Part shown: piece by piece, positions 40,301 to 49,767 of the stretch
How the letters are laid out: the number at the start of each line of letters is the position of its first letter
How positions within the stretch are numbered: position 1 is the first letter of the stretch
DNA from: Longimicrobiales bacterium
GTDB taxonomy: Bacteria > Gemmatimonadota > Gemmatimonadetes > Longimicrobiales > Gaopeijiaceae
Length of the DNA stretch: 64,000 nucleotides
Assembly (NCBI GenBank): GCA_965238005.1
Contig: OZ250165.1
Span: 4,576,001-4,640,000, forward strand
Direction: 5' to 3'
Notes under the pieces: model-generated
Databases searched by the model: none
What the model was told of the DNA's origin: nothing
Seen by the model: the letters and a program-made list of their open reading frames with translations, nothing else
Position numbers and translations under genes: made by a program

Positions 40301-40864
40301 GGTCGGGAAGAGGAGGGCGGAGGCGCCGTGGCGGAGCTGGACCGGTCCCAGGAGCATGAGAGCAAGCGTGGCGAAGGCGGCGGCGGACAAGGCTCCGGAC
40401 GCCCGGTAGAGCCCCTTCTGCTCGATCCCTCGACCGTAGTCGATCTTCCGGGCTCGGTCCAGGGCATTGTCGACGAGACGACCCTCGAGAGCCTCAGACG
40501 TGTTCGCGCCACCGCTTCCGGCCTCCAGGGCGCTCAACACGGCGATCTCGAGGGAGGGCTCGTTCTCCTCCAGGTAGAGGGCCGCCTGCTCGTCGGAGAC
40601 CCGGCGCGCGAGGGGCCAGGCGAGGAAGCGGGCCACGAGCCCGGATACCGCGAGCCAAAGGAGGATCCGGAGGGATACCACGGCCGGAGCGCTGAATCGC
40701 AAAAGCTCGAGGCCATATACCGAGATCAGAAACGCTGCGAGGCTCGCGCCCAGCACGATAGCCATGCCGCGCACTGCGATGCGCGCACGCCAACGGCGCC
40801 GAATCCGTTGGACGACACGAAGGACCTCTGCGTGGCGGATGGCCCTATGCCTTCCGTGGTACAT
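37349..40864 (-). CDS. DUF4175-like membrane-anchored coiled-coil protein
   Basis: 3 N-terminal TMs; Ig-like region (YHFPPYTG, DQPPSV, ADDDFG); long Q/E/R helical region; GQQGQG repeats; VPTGFRRLVDEYYKAL end. Confidence 0.78.
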   Translation of the reverse strand: MYHGRHRAIRHAEVLRVVQRIRRRWRARIAVRGMAIVLGASLAAFLISVYGLELLRFSAPAVVSLRILLWLAVSGLVARFLAWPLARRVSDEQAALYLEENEPSLEIAVLSALEAGSGGANTSEALEGRLVDNALDRARKIDYGRGIEQKGLYRASGALSAAAFATLALMLLGPVQLRHGASALLFPTRDAGTVNPYSITVEPGDVTIARGSDQLVVAQLFGFASDEVQVFFKSESSDVFDRLSMLPDEADRFELLLLGLDENTEYFVESSGIRSDTHRIEVADLPYVDRLELEYHFPPYTGLAPRTVEGRGDIAALEGTQVKVKIFPTMLTPGGRLLLNGDPAELSDVGDGTWLGSLRVEREGYYEIELARADGELVPASPKYTIDVLTDQPPSVSFSKPGRDTRASPIEELFLEAKADDDFGISELALIYSVNGEPEDTISLYDSQPMPEVTAGHTLYLEELELEPGDLVSYYAQAKDNNRSSGVRTVTSDIYFVQIRPFRIDYRQGQQAGGGGGGGQMDERGLSDLQRQIVAATFNLVRDKEELPESEFKENVVSVRLAQARVREQVAGLQERLVARGMGADPQFRRIAELLPKAIEEMENAERILEHGEPREAISPEQKALLHLQKAEETYEAVVTQGGQQGGGGGAGASAEDLADLFELELDKLKNQYETLARGERQQRTEQLDETLEKLKDLSRRQQQQAERQRRAAAQQGGGGASARGQRQLAEETEEAARQLERLARETNDQRLMEASRQLQQAADGMRRSAASSGNAGTADATSALDRLEEARRRLERNRVDRLREDGEDALRRAEELSDEQREIQRQMDRLNELEGAALQESARRLFERKEAMTEELTDLEGQIDRLSADARSSQREAAEGLREAANSIRDNKLKERVRYSRGLIGTGDQDYTREFEAETQRGLDELEDRLEQAVGAVGEPEDDRRAEALDRTRDLVRGMESISRRLGERGDRGQQGQGERPGQEGQGQQGQQGQQGQGEGQGQEGQGQRGQQGQGQGEGQGGDGRRLGGSDQGGFGTPDGGGGDRRPRSVSPGDIRQFRREIRERVQEAQELQGILEQEDLEVLDGRQLDEVVAALRALDSERIYSDVAEVERLQAQIIEGLKQLEFGLRRELEGEDRDRVFVSGSDEVPTGFRRLVDEYYKALSRNPGN

Positions 40865-42974
40865 GTTCCCCCCCCTCCTCGAATCTGCTCGTCACAGCGC
40901 GAGAAAGCCAGTTCGACACGGCGGTCTCGGCCAACAACAGGACCAGCGCCCCGATGAGTAGGAACCGCCAGAGAGACTGCCGGCGTTCGTGATCCTGCGC
41001 CCTGACTTCACTGGGTACCAGGCCTGCGGCCCCCGCTTCGGTATCCGCCTCTCTCGGGGACACCGAAGCGGCCAGCTCCGTTGGATCCATCGCCGCGAGC
41101 TCGGACTCTGCCGCTTCCACGTTCACGGCTACGGTGAACGGCCTGGCCGGATCGCTGCCGGGGTGCCGAACCTCATAGAAGCCCTGTTCGTCGAGGGCGA
41201 GGAACCGTGGTGTCTCCCCTGGAGGCAGCGAAACGCTGCCGCCCCCGGGTGTCAGCGCGACCTGCTCCTCGTCCAGTGAAAGCTCCTCCTCCATCCCTGT
41301 GGCGAACGCCGCTCCCTCCGGATCCGAAAGGTCGAGAACCTGACCGGCCGTGAACCATGGCACGCGCTCCCGGTGACCCCCGAGGTACCGCACGAGCTGA
41401 TGCATGAATGGCAGAAAGACCGGCTGAACCGCCAGATCGTTCCAAAACGCGTCCAGGGTGCTGGCCCACACTAGCACACGTCCCTCGCCCAGCCGGCGCT
41501 CCGCCAGGGCCGCCGACCCATCGTCGAAGCGGGCCAGAACCTGATCTTGAGGCCCCACCGTGATGCTGCGTGAGCGGAAGAAGCGCGCCCGGGCGAAGTC
41601 TCCACTTCTGGGGCCAGAGAACACCTCGAAGACCGGGTGGGTGTAGTCCAGGAACCCCAGCCGGACGACACCGCGAATGTGATCCGTGGCCACTCCGAAC
41701 TGGCCGGGGAGCAGCTCCTCCATCCCGGCCTGCCAGGTGCTGCGCTCCCCGAGCACGACCAGGAGGCCTCCACCGGCCTCCACGAATCTCCGTAGCCGGT
41801 CCGACGTCGCCCCTTGCGGGAGGCGGATGTCGTTCAGGACCACGACGGCGGCCGCGTCCAGATCGGCGGTGCCGATGTTCGGAGAGCGTCGGACGTCGAC
41901 CTGAAACGCGGCTTCCTCACTGATCTCCAGAGCACGCTGCATATAGAGGCTGGCCTCGGAGCGTGCCCCCGTGCCCTCCAGGATGACGGTGCGCAGAGCC
42001 CGTCCAGGGGAGAGTACGAAGTGGAGCTCGTTGTCCTGCCGGAGCTCGTCGGGTCCGAGCCGGACGGTCCCACGGGTATAGGGTTCCGAGAGGGTGAACG
42101 GGTCGAATGTGACGGTGGCCGACCCCGTCGGATCCAAACGGATGCTCCGGCTCTGAACCTCCTGACCGTCGATCTCCAGGACGATGGGCATTTCGACGGC
42201 GTCGGCACCCTGACGCCGGGTCACGCGAGCGGTGGTTGTCATGCGCTCATGGCCCGAGAAGAAGTCTCGTCGAAGCGTGACTGACGCCACGGTGGCGTTG
42301 GGAGTCTCCGCGTCGGAGATCTGGTGCGTGGTGACCACGGTCCCACGCGGGAAGCGCACACCTTTGTCCCCGGACCATCCGGAGCGCTGGAAGTCGCTGA
42401 TGATGGCGACCTCCCGGTTCGGTAGCTCGGACTCCTCCAGAATGGTCTGGGCGAGCTTCAGGCCGGGCCCGAACCGAGTGCGGTAGGCGCTCACGCTCGC
42501 CGTGTCCACGGCGGTGAGAAGCCGCTGCCGATCCGAGCTCGACCGGACCACCGCCGCCGCGCCCTGTCCTAGAAGTACCAGGCTGACACGGTCCGATGCA
42601 TTGAGGCCCGAACCGAGTCGCCGGGCCTCGCTCGTGGCCCTCTCCCAACGATCGCCGTACCCCATGGAGTACGAGTGGTCCAGCACGATCACCACCTCCC
42701 GAGGACCGAGGGTAGAGCCCACCGCGAGCTCGGCGTTCTGGAAGAACGGGCGAGCGAAGGCCGCGACTAGGAGGGCGAGGGCCAGGGATCGGATGAGGAG
42801 CAGGATCCAGTGATGGATCTTCCTTCTCTGGACCGAGCGGTAGGGGATCTTCCGGAGGAACATGAGCGAGGGGAACTCGACCACGTTCCGGCGCTGTCTC
42901 TCGGTGAGATGCACCAGGACGGGGATCGCCAACCCGGCCAGGCCGAGAAGGAAGAGGGGGGCGAGCCATCCCAT
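40845..42974 (-). CDS. BatA-domain/vWA protein with GATase-like domain and C-terminal TM
   Basis: LAIPVLVHL..FPSLMFL..FARP; MIDAS DHSYSM; GGGLLV; ESEL; LWRFLL. Confidence 0.85.
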   Translation of the reverse strand: MGWLAPLFLLGLAGLAIPVLVHLTERQRRNVVEFPSLMFLRKIPYRSVQRRKIHHWILLLIRSLALALLVAAFARPFFQNAELAVGSTLGPREVVIVLDHSYSMGYGDRWERATSEARRLGSGLNASDRVSLVLLGQGAAAVVRSSSDRQRLLTAVDTASVSAYRTRFGPGLKLAQTILEESELPNREVAIISDFQRSGWSGDKGVRFPRGTVVTTHQISDAETPNATVASVTLRRDFFSGHERMTTTARVTRRQGADAVEMPIVLEIDGQEVQSRSIRLDPTGSATVTFDPFTLSEPYTRGTVRLGPDELRQDNELHFVLSPGRALRTVILEGTGARSEASLYMQRALEISEEAAFQVDVRRSPNIGTADLDAAAVVVLNDIRLPQGATSDRLRRFVEAGGGLLVVLGERSTWQAGMEELLPGQFGVATDHIRGVVRLGFLDYTHPVFEVFSGPRSGDFARARFFRSRSITVGPQDQVLARFDDGSAALAERRLGEGRVLVWASTLDAFWNDLAVQPVFLPFMHQLVRYLGGHRERVPWFTAGQVLDLSDPEGAAFATGMEEELSLDEEQVALTPGGGSVSLPPGETPRFLALDEQGFYEVRHPGSDPARPFTVAVNVEAAESELAAMDPTELAASVSPREADTEAGAAGLVPSEVRAQDHERRQSLWRFLLIGALVLLLAETAVSNWLSRAVTSRFEEGGEHVPRKA

Positions 42975-43897
42975 CAGCGCACCCTGCTGAGCTTCTCGCG
43001 GCTCGACAGATAGCGGAAGAGCGCGTGGTCCAACGGCTTGGACGTGTCCAGAACCGTGTAGTCGATACGGCTGCCGGTGAAGAGACGCTCCAGCTCGCTG
43101 GTGTGCTCTCGGATCAGGTGGCGGTAATCCGCGGCGAGCTCATGGGGAACGACAGGGATCATCGCCTCGCTCTCGAGATCGCGGAAGCTGGCCGGACTCT
43201 TGTACGGGAAGTCGAGCTCGGCCGGGTCCAGCACATGGAAGACGATGACGTCGTGGCCTCTGGCCCGCAGGTGACGAACGGACTCAATGACCTCCTGGGC
43301 CTCTTCGTAGAAGTCCGAGACCAAGAGTATGATGCCGCGGTGTTTCAGGTTCTCTCCGACCTGCATCAACGGGTCCCGGAGGGTGCCGGGATGCCCAGGC
43401 ACGGAATTGGCCAAGGCGTGGAGGATGAGCTCGAGGTGCCGTGTCGATGGTGGCACCCAATCCACGACGTTGTTGTCGAAGGTGACGAGCCCGACCCGGT
43501 CCCGCTGCTTTTGGGAGAAATAGGCCAGGGCGGCACCCAGATAGCGGGCGTAGTCCAGCTTCGTGGCCGAATGCGTGCCGAAGCTCATGGACCTGGAGAC
43601 GTCCAGGATCACGACGAAGTTCGCGCTGGTCTCGGCCTCGAACTGCTTCACGTAGAAGCGGTCGGTGCGCGCGAAGAGGCGCCAGTCGATGCGCCGGATG
43701 TCGTCGCCCGGCATGTAGGCCCGGTGTTCGGCGAAGTCGAGGGACAGCCCCAGGTGGGGGGAGCGGTGCAGGCCGTGGAGGAAGCCGTCGACCACGGTAC
43801 GCGCCAACAGCCCCAGGTTGTCGATCCGGCCCAGAACGGCCGGATCGAGAAACTGGGCGCCGCTGGCCTGAAATCCCGAGCGAGCCCTGACCGCCAC
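42974..43897 (-). CDS. DUF58 vWA-like MoxR partner
   Basis: GLHRS, DFAEHRAYMPGDDIRRIDW, YVKQFE, DVSRSM, VSDF. Confidence 0.92.
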   Translation of the reverse strand: MAVRARSGFQASGAQFLDPAVLGRIDNLGLLARTVVDGFLHGLHRSPHLGLSLDFAEHRAYMPGDDIRRIDWRLFARTDRFYVKQFEAETSANFVVILDVSRSMSFGTHSATKLDYARYLGAALAYFSQKQRDRVGLVTFDNNVVDWVPPSTRHLELILHALANSVPGHPGTLRDPLMQVGENLKHRGIILLVSDFYEEAQEVIESVRHLRARGHDVIVFHVLDPAELDFPYKSPASFRDLESEAMIPVVPHELAADYRHLIREHTSELERLFTGSRIDYTVLDTSKPLDHALFRYLSSREKLSRVR

Positions 43898-43910
43898 GAA
43901 GCCCTCGCTC

Positions 43911-44981
43911 CTAGAGGCCCGAGCTGGGCACAGGAACGGCTTCCAGCAACTTGTCCACGAGCTCACCCCCTGTGACGCCCTCGGACTCGGCGTGGAAGTT
44001 CGTGAGGATGCGGTGCCGCATCACAGGATGTGCCAGGGCCCTGATGTCCTCGAAGCTCACGTTGTAGCGACCCTGGGTGATGGCGCGGGCCTTTGCCCCC
44101 AATGTCAGATACTGCGCGGCTCGGACACTGGCTCCGTAGGCGATCCAGCTATTGACGAAGTCGGGGGAGTCACCGTTGGGGCTCGGCCGGCTGGCCCGCA
44201 CGAGACTCACGGCGTAGCGGAGAGCCGCATCCGGCACGGGCACCTTCCTGACCAGGCGTTGGAAGGCCACCAGATCCGGGCCCGTGATCGCGTGGCTGAA
44301 TTTGGGTTCCTGGATCCCGGTGGTCGTACGCACCACGTCGAGCTCCTCCTCCTCGGAGAGATGGTCGATCACGATCTCGAACATGAAGCGGTCCAGCTGC
44401 GCCTCGGGGAGGGGATAGGTCCCCTCCAGCTCGATGGGATTCTGGGTCGCGAAAACGTAGAAGGGCTCTTCCAGCGTGTAGGTCTCGCCCTGGACCGTGA
44501 CCCGATGCTCCTGCATGGCCTCCAGCAGCGCCGATTGGGTCTTGGGTGGCGTCCGGTTGATCTCGTCCGCCAGGACGATGTTCGCGAAGATTGGACCCGG
44601 TGCGAAGACCATGCTTCGCCGGCCCGAGTCCGGGTCCTCCTGAATGATGTCAGTGCCTGTGATGTCGGACGGCATCAGGTCGGGGGTGAACTGGATCCTC
44701 GAGAACTTCAGGTCCAGAACCTCCGCCACAGTGTGTATGAGCAACGTCTTAGCCAGGCCGGGAACACCGATCAGGAGGCTGTTTCCGCCCACGAAGAGGG
44801 TGAGGAGCACCTGCTCGATGACCTCTTCCTGGCCGATGATGAGCTTGCGGATCTCCGAGAGGATCTGCACTCGCCCCGACTTCAGCCGGTCGGCGAGGTC
44901 GATGTCGTCCGGGCTCTCGAGGGGAAGGGCGTCCGACGCGCTTGCTGCATCGACGGCTTCCTTTTCTTCAATGAATGCCAT
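43911..44981 (-). CDS. moxR: MoxR-family AAA+ ATPase
   Basis: GVPGLAKT, RIQFTPDLMPSD, DEINR, ATQNPIELEGTYPLPEAQLDRF. Confidence 0.96.
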   Translation of the reverse strand: MAFIEEKEAVDAASASDALPLESPDDIDLADRLKSGRVQILSEIRKLIIGQEEVIEQVLLTLFVGGNSLLIGVPGLAKTLLIHTVAEVLDLKFSRIQFTPDLMPSDITGTDIIQEDPDSGRRSMVFAPGPIFANIVLADEINRTPPKTQSALLEAMQEHRVTVQGETYTLEEPFYVFATQNPIELEGTYPLPEAQLDRFMFEIVIDHLSEEEELDVVRTTTGIQEPKFSHAITGPDLVAFQRLVRKVPVPDAALRYAVSLVRASRPSPNGDSPDFVNSWIAYGASVRAAQYLTLGAKARAITQGRYNVSFEDIRALAHPVMRHRILTNFHAESEGVTGGELVDKLLEAVPVPSSGL

Positions 44982-45109
44982 TTGGCGCTCCGTTCAGGCC
45001 TTGGATGTTGCCCGGTGACCTTTCGTCACATTTGGTGGTTTACGTTGCCCGCCTCACGCTGCTTCCGCGGCAATGGCGGTATCACTTCTTTCCTGATGAT
45101 TGCCCGAGG

Positions 45110-45236
45110 AAATGGCGAAGAGAATTGCTTCTGGACTAGGCGGGCAAGGCGAGGCGACTGAGGCGTACTCATGTACGCCGCAAGGAGCCGAGACCGCAGC
45201 CCAACAACGTCCAGGGCCAATTCGGCAAGCCATTTA
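45110..45236. repeat. ~127-bp imperfect palindromic (MITE/REP-like) element
   Basis: Ends AAATGGC..GAATTG..CTGGAC / GTCCAG..CAATTC..GCCATTT; central GGCGTAC-N4-GTACGCC hairpin. Confidence 0.6.
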
Positions 45237-46070
45237 GTGGGTCATGGCGTAGATCAAATAATTCACTCCCAACTTGTATGCCTCGTTGGAGAGGTCGATG
45301 GGGTACCAGCCGACGTCGGAGAACTCCCAGTACTCTCCGATGTCGTTGTTGTAGTTCGCGATCACCATCAGACGTTTCTCCGGATCATTGTCCTCGTGCA
45401 GCCCGAGGTACGCGGGCGGCCTCCTAGAAAAATAGGGGGGGAGGAGGGTCGCCAGCGACTCGATACGGAAAAAGGAGTCGAAGATCGCGTGGGACTCGTC
45501 GAGCTGCACGAACTGGGCACCAGGGATCACCTTCTTCATCTGGGCGTCGAAGTTGAACCAGTCGGGCCCGTCGAAATCGTCGGCGATCAGGAAGCCCCCC
45601 TTCATGAGGTAGTTCCTGAGACCCAGGATCTCCTCGTCCGACGGATACCAGAAGCCCGGCTCGGAGATGTACGCGAGCGGGAAACGGGTCAGCTCCGGGT
45701 CGTCGGTGTCGAAGACGTTGCCCCCGTCCATGTACGGCCGGATGAGCGTCGTTTCCCGAATGATGTTCATGAAGTTCCGCTCGGCCCTCGGGAAGTCGTG
45801 GGCCCAGGGCGCCTGGCCTCCACGTCTCCGGAAGCTCCTACTCGACAGCCCGGTGCCGAAGCGTATCCGAGCGAATGTGAAACGTCCGTCGTACGGCGTA
45901 TTGCTGCTCTGCACAGTAGCGGATGGCGCTGTCCGGTGCCCGCGGGGGGCCGTGGCGGGATCCGTGGTCACCACCACTACGTTGGCGCCGGGCCGAGCCA
46001 AGGCGAGGGCGCCCGCCAGGATCGCCACCGTGCCCACGGCGCCGAGGGCAAGCATGGCCGCTCGGCTCAC
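45234..46070 (-). CDS. DUF4159 domain protein
   Basis: N-terminal signal/TM; WAHDFPRAE, YLMKGGFLIADDF, NNDIGEYWE, LGVNYLIYAMTH. Confidence 0.88.
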   Translation of the reverse strand: MSRAAMLALGAVGTVAILAGALALARPGANVVVVTTDPATAPRGHRTAPSATVQSSNTPYDGRFTFARIRFGTGLSSRSFRRRGGQAPWAHDFPRAERNFMNIIRETTLIRPYMDGGNVFDTDDPELTRFPLAYISEPGFWYPSDEEILGLRNYLMKGGFLIADDFDGPDWFNFDAQMKKVIPGAQFVQLDESHAIFDSFFRIESLATLLPPYFSRRPPAYLGLHEDNDPEKRLMVIANYNNDIGEYWEFSDVGWYPIDLSNEAYKLGVNYLIYAMTH

Positions 46071-48769
46071 GACGTGCCTACGGCCCGAAGCTCCAGAAGG
46101 AAGTCCAGCGCCTCCTCATAGTTGGGTGCGATCTCCAGGGCCTGGAGCAGTACCCTGCGGGCCTCCCCTCGATGTCCACCGGCCAGATAGGCGCGGGCCA
46201 ACTGGTAGAATGCGGCGGCCCGGTCCGTGGGCTCGAGGGCGACGACGGCACGTCGCTCCCTCACCGCGCCGGAGGAGTCCCCGCGCTCGGCGTGGGCCTG
46301 GGCCAGGCGATCGTGGAGCTCGATCTCGTACGGGTAGATCAACACGGCCGCGTCCAAGGCGGCGGCGACTCCGTCGAGGTCTCCCAGCTCATCCAGCAGC
46401 TCCGCGTGCTGGAGGAACGCCTCGTAGTGGCTCTCGTTCAACGCCGTCAGGCGGGCGAGGGCCGCGGCGGCCAGCCCGGTCTCCCCTCGCTTGATGTGAA
46501 TCTGGGCCAGGAACCAGTACGGGCTGTCGTTGCCCCCGTACTCCGGAAAGAGACGCAGGGCAGAGCGCAGGTGGCCTTCGGCTTCGTCGAGCCGTTCCTC
46601 CTGGAAGAGGGCGACCCCTGCTGTGAGCCGGGCGCGGAAGTTGCCCGGGTTCTCCCGGGCCAGGCGGGTCAGATCTCCGATGGAGCTGGGCTGCGCTGGC
46701 ATGCCCGCGCTGGCCCCGGGAGTGGTCAGGGCGTTGAGGGCGCTCCCGTATCGGCGCTGAAAGTACTCGTCGAAGTCCTCGTCTAGATCCTCCATCTCGA
46801 TGCCCAGGAGGCGCTCCACCAACGCAGGCGTCGTCTCGCCGTCCCTGTAGGCGTTCAACATCTCAAGGATCGGCTGGAAGCCCCAACGGCTCTCAATGAG
46901 GTCGAAGACCAGGGATGCCTGCAGGTACGAATCCACGACTTGCTGGGGATACGAAGGCTGCACGAAGGCGGCGTTCAGCTGGCTCACCGGCAGCATGAGG
47001 CCCTCTTGGTATCTTCCCAGGAAGCCGGGCGACGGCTGGTGGCCCCAGCCCGGTCTGGCCTGTCGCTGCTCGTGGACGGCCAAGCCCTCGGAGAACCAAC
47101 GAGGGACTTCGTGCTCGCTGAGGCCCAGGTGGAATACGTGAGCCATCTCGTGCCACAGTACCGACGCCCAGTTGAACTCACCAAGAGGCTTGGCCGAGGG
47201 TGAGTCCATGGCCACGACGCTCCCAAAGGTCACGCCCAGGGCGCCGATGCCCGCCAGACCCACGGTGCGCACCGAGAAGTCGGCATGGCTCGGGAAGACC
47301 TCGATCCGGATCGGCAGGGCAGGCGTGTAGCCTCCATATCGCTCCGCGAGCGCCTCGAAGGCCTCTGAGGCGATCTGCTCGATGTAGGGCCTCAGGACCT
47401 CGGCCTCACGGTCGTGGAGCACGAACACGAAGCGGGGGTCATCATCCAGAACGGCGTAGTGCTCGAAGGTGTCCAGGAGGCTCAAGGTGTTGAAGAACCA
47501 CACGCTGTACGGATCCCCCTCGAACGCCGTCTCGAGGCTGGCCCGGCCTTCCTCGATCTGCCCGAGTCTCAGCTGGTTCATTCCCAGGATGCCGTGGGCT
47601 CTCCAGGACCTTGGGTCCAGGGCGATCGCCTCCGAAACGAGCTGGGCGGCTTCATGATACTTCCGGCTCTTTACGCTCAGTTCCGCGATGTCGTTGTAGA
47701 TGTCGGCGTAACCGGGGCTGAGCTCCCGAACCCGGTCGCGGACCCTCTCGTAGTCGCTCAGCTCACCACGCAGATAGTGGCTGGCAGCCAGAGCGCTCAG
47801 GGCCTCCAGCGAGACGGGGTTAACTGCCAGCGCGGCCTCGACTTCGGCGCGAGCCTCGTCGTGGTTCTCCACCTCGAGGTGTAGCCGGGCCTTGAAGACC
47901 CGGGCGGCCACCAGATTGGGATTGTGCTCCAGTGCCTCCTTCACCTGAGCCATGACTCCCACAATGCCGTTGAACTCCATGGCCCGCGCCATGCCCAGGA
48001 GCGCTCGGGGGTGCTTGGGGTTCCGTGACAGGACTTCCTTCAGGGACGTGTCGGCCTCGGTACCGTCATACTTCTCCAGAAACAGCTCCCCAACGAGAAT
48101 GCGGGGCTTCAGGTCCCCGGGATCTGCGGCGATCGCTTCGTCGTAGGCCCTGAGGGCGTCCTGGAAGAGCTCGTGGTCGGCGATGCCCAGGTAGCGGACG
48201 GCGGTGGCGATGGCCGTGAGCTCTCCCGCGGACAGCGAGGCCGCGTCGTTGTAGAGATCGATGAAGGAGTCGAACTCGGTCAGGGCGAGGTCGCGGTCCC
48301 CATAGGTCCACTCGAGGATCGCCCGGTTCAGCCGTGCCGTGTGGCGGTCGCGGGCCCCGCCCCGCCAGGCGTGCTCGAAGTGCTCCCGCGCCTCGTCGAC
48401 ACGGCCGACTTGGTAGAGGACTTCCCCGATCGAGTTGGCCAGCTCTAGGGACAGGGCCTCTGGCGCCTGGGCTGCGACTTCGAGCGCCTCGTCGTACCGG
48501 CCGACTTCGGCCAGGGCCCTCACGTAGCTCACATACGCGGCTAGCCGCGAATCGGCCGTGACGCCGGACGGAGCCGTCCCCCTCGGAGCCGCCAGCTCCC
48601 GGAGCGCTGGGATGGCCGTGTCGTATTCGCCGGATCGGAGCTGGCTCAGCGCCTGGTCGAGCGTCTGACCTCCGGCTTCTCCCCGGAAGGCGAGCTGAAG
48701 GAGGGCCGCTACGGCCAGGACGGCGGGCCGACACCGAAAGGCCCTGCGCACCATGAGTCCCACCCTCAT
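46067..48769 (-). CDS. Secreted TPR protein with peptidase MA-like (HEXXH) domain
   Basis: Signal peptide; many TPR-like helices; LWHEMAH...VPRWFSEGLA. Confidence 0.85.
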   Translation of the reverse strand: MRVGLMVRRAFRCRPAVLAVAALLQLAFRGEAGGQTLDQALSQLRSGEYDTAIPALRELAAPRGTAPSGVTADSRLAAYVSYVRALAEVGRYDEALEVAAQAPEALSLELANSIGEVLYQVGRVDEAREHFEHAWRGGARDRHTARLNRAILEWTYGDRDLALTEFDSFIDLYNDAASLSAGELTAIATAVRYLGIADHELFQDALRAYDEAIAADPGDLKPRILVGELFLEKYDGTEADTSLKEVLSRNPKHPRALLGMARAMEFNGIVGVMAQVKEALEHNPNLVAARVFKARLHLEVENHDEARAEVEAALAVNPVSLEALSALAASHYLRGELSDYERVRDRVRELSPGYADIYNDIAELSVKSRKYHEAAQLVSEAIALDPRSWRAHGILGMNQLRLGQIEEGRASLETAFEGDPYSVWFFNTLSLLDTFEHYAVLDDDPRFVFVLHDREAEVLRPYIEQIASEAFEALAERYGGYTPALPIRIEVFPSHADFSVRTVGLAGIGALGVTFGSVVAMDSPSAKPLGEFNWASVLWHEMAHVFHLGLSEHEVPRWFSEGLAVHEQRQARPGWGHQPSPGFLGRYQEGLMLPVSQLNAAFVQPSYPQQVVDSYLQASLVFDLIESRWGFQPILEMLNAYRDGETTPALVERLLGIEMEDLDEDFDEYFQRRYGSALNALTTPGASAGMPAQPSSIGDLTRLARENPGNFRARLTAGVALFQEERLDEAEGHLRSALRLFPEYGGNDSPYWFLAQIHIKRGETGLAAAALARLTALNESHYEAFLQHAELLDELGDLDGVAAALDAAVLIYPYEIELHDRLAQAHAERGDSSGAVRERRAVVALEPTDRAAAFYQLARAYLAGGHRGEARRVLLQALEIAPNYEEALDFLLELRAVGTS

Positions 48770-49767
48770 GAGCCGCCGCCCTCCCGGGCCCGGATCTCGC
48801 GGTTCTTGAGCGCGAGCTCCACGAGGAGGTCCTCGAGGGTTGTCTCGTAGCGCTCCTCCTCCATCTGATCCTTGATGGCCCGGAGCTCCTCGAGGCGCTG
48901 CTCTAGCGCTGCCTTCTCCTCGTAGAGGCCCTTGAGGACCGGGTCGTCCGTGGACATGGCGGCCACCGCCATAGGGCTCGCCCCCAAGAAAAGCGTGCCC
49001 GCCAGCGCTCCGTCCAGGCCCTCCTCCAGGTCCGTGCTCCCCTCACCGTCACCGTTGTCGTCCAGAAGCGCATGCTCGGTGAGGATCCGGCCGTCGCTCT
49101 CGTACTCCCTGGCCACCTCGCTTCGGGCGAACTCGAAGGCCTCGGACAGTGACACGCGGCCATTCTTGTCCAGGTCGGCTCCGTCGCCCGTGAAGGCGTC
49201 GATGAAGTAGCCCCCGAACACCGACTCGTTGCGCTCCATGCCTGTCTTGGTGGCCGTGACGATGGCTCGGTCCGGGCCGGAGAGTGCGGTGACGAACCCG
49301 CCGCTGGCGCTCGTCACGTTAGCGAAGGAGACCCGCTGATCGGACAGCTGATCGAGCATGAGGGCGAAGTCCTCGGCGGTCAGGTCGGGTCCGGGGAGGT
49401 TGAAGCGCGACTCTCCGGCCGTGTAGCTGCCATGCCCGATGAGCAGGACGAATATGTGGTCGCCGGGCTCGGACTTGGACGCGATCTCGGCGAAGACCCG
49501 CTCCACGTCGGCCCGGCTGGAGCGGTCGGTGATCCGAGGATCGGCGTCCGGCTTCTCGCCCAGGTACACGATGTGGTCGCGGGGTACCCCGAACTTCTCC
49601 GTAGCTGCGTCCACAAAGGAGCCGCCCCACTCCAGGAAGCGCTTCCGGTACGCGTCGTCCCCGCCCAGCCCAGCGATCACGAGGACATGCGTCTCCTGTG
49701 CGGCGACCAAACCCGGCACGGTGACCCACACGAAGATCGCCACGACGGTGGAACGCAGCCACGTCAT
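48766..49767 (-). CDS. Secreted caspase/C13-fold-like protein with C-terminal coiled coil
   Basis: Signal peptide; VLVIAGLGG; LLIGHGS; FNLPGPD; NVTSASGGF; ADLDKNGRVSLSEAF. Confidence 0.65.
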   Translation of the reverse strand: MTWLRSTVVAIFVWVTVPGLVAAQETHVLVIAGLGGDDAYRKRFLEWGGSFVDAATEKFGVPRDHIVYLGEKPDADPRITDRSSRADVERVFAEIASKSEPGDHIFVLLIGHGSYTAGESRFNLPGPDLTAEDFALMLDQLSDQRVSFANVTSASGGFVTALSGPDRAIVTATKTGMERNESVFGGYFIDAFTGDGADLDKNGRVSLSEAFEFARSEVAREYESDGRILTEHALLDDNGDGEGSTDLEEGLDGALAGTLFLGASPMAVAAMSTDDPVLKGLYEEKAALEQRLEELRAIKDQMEEERYETTLEDLLVELALKNREIRAREGGGS

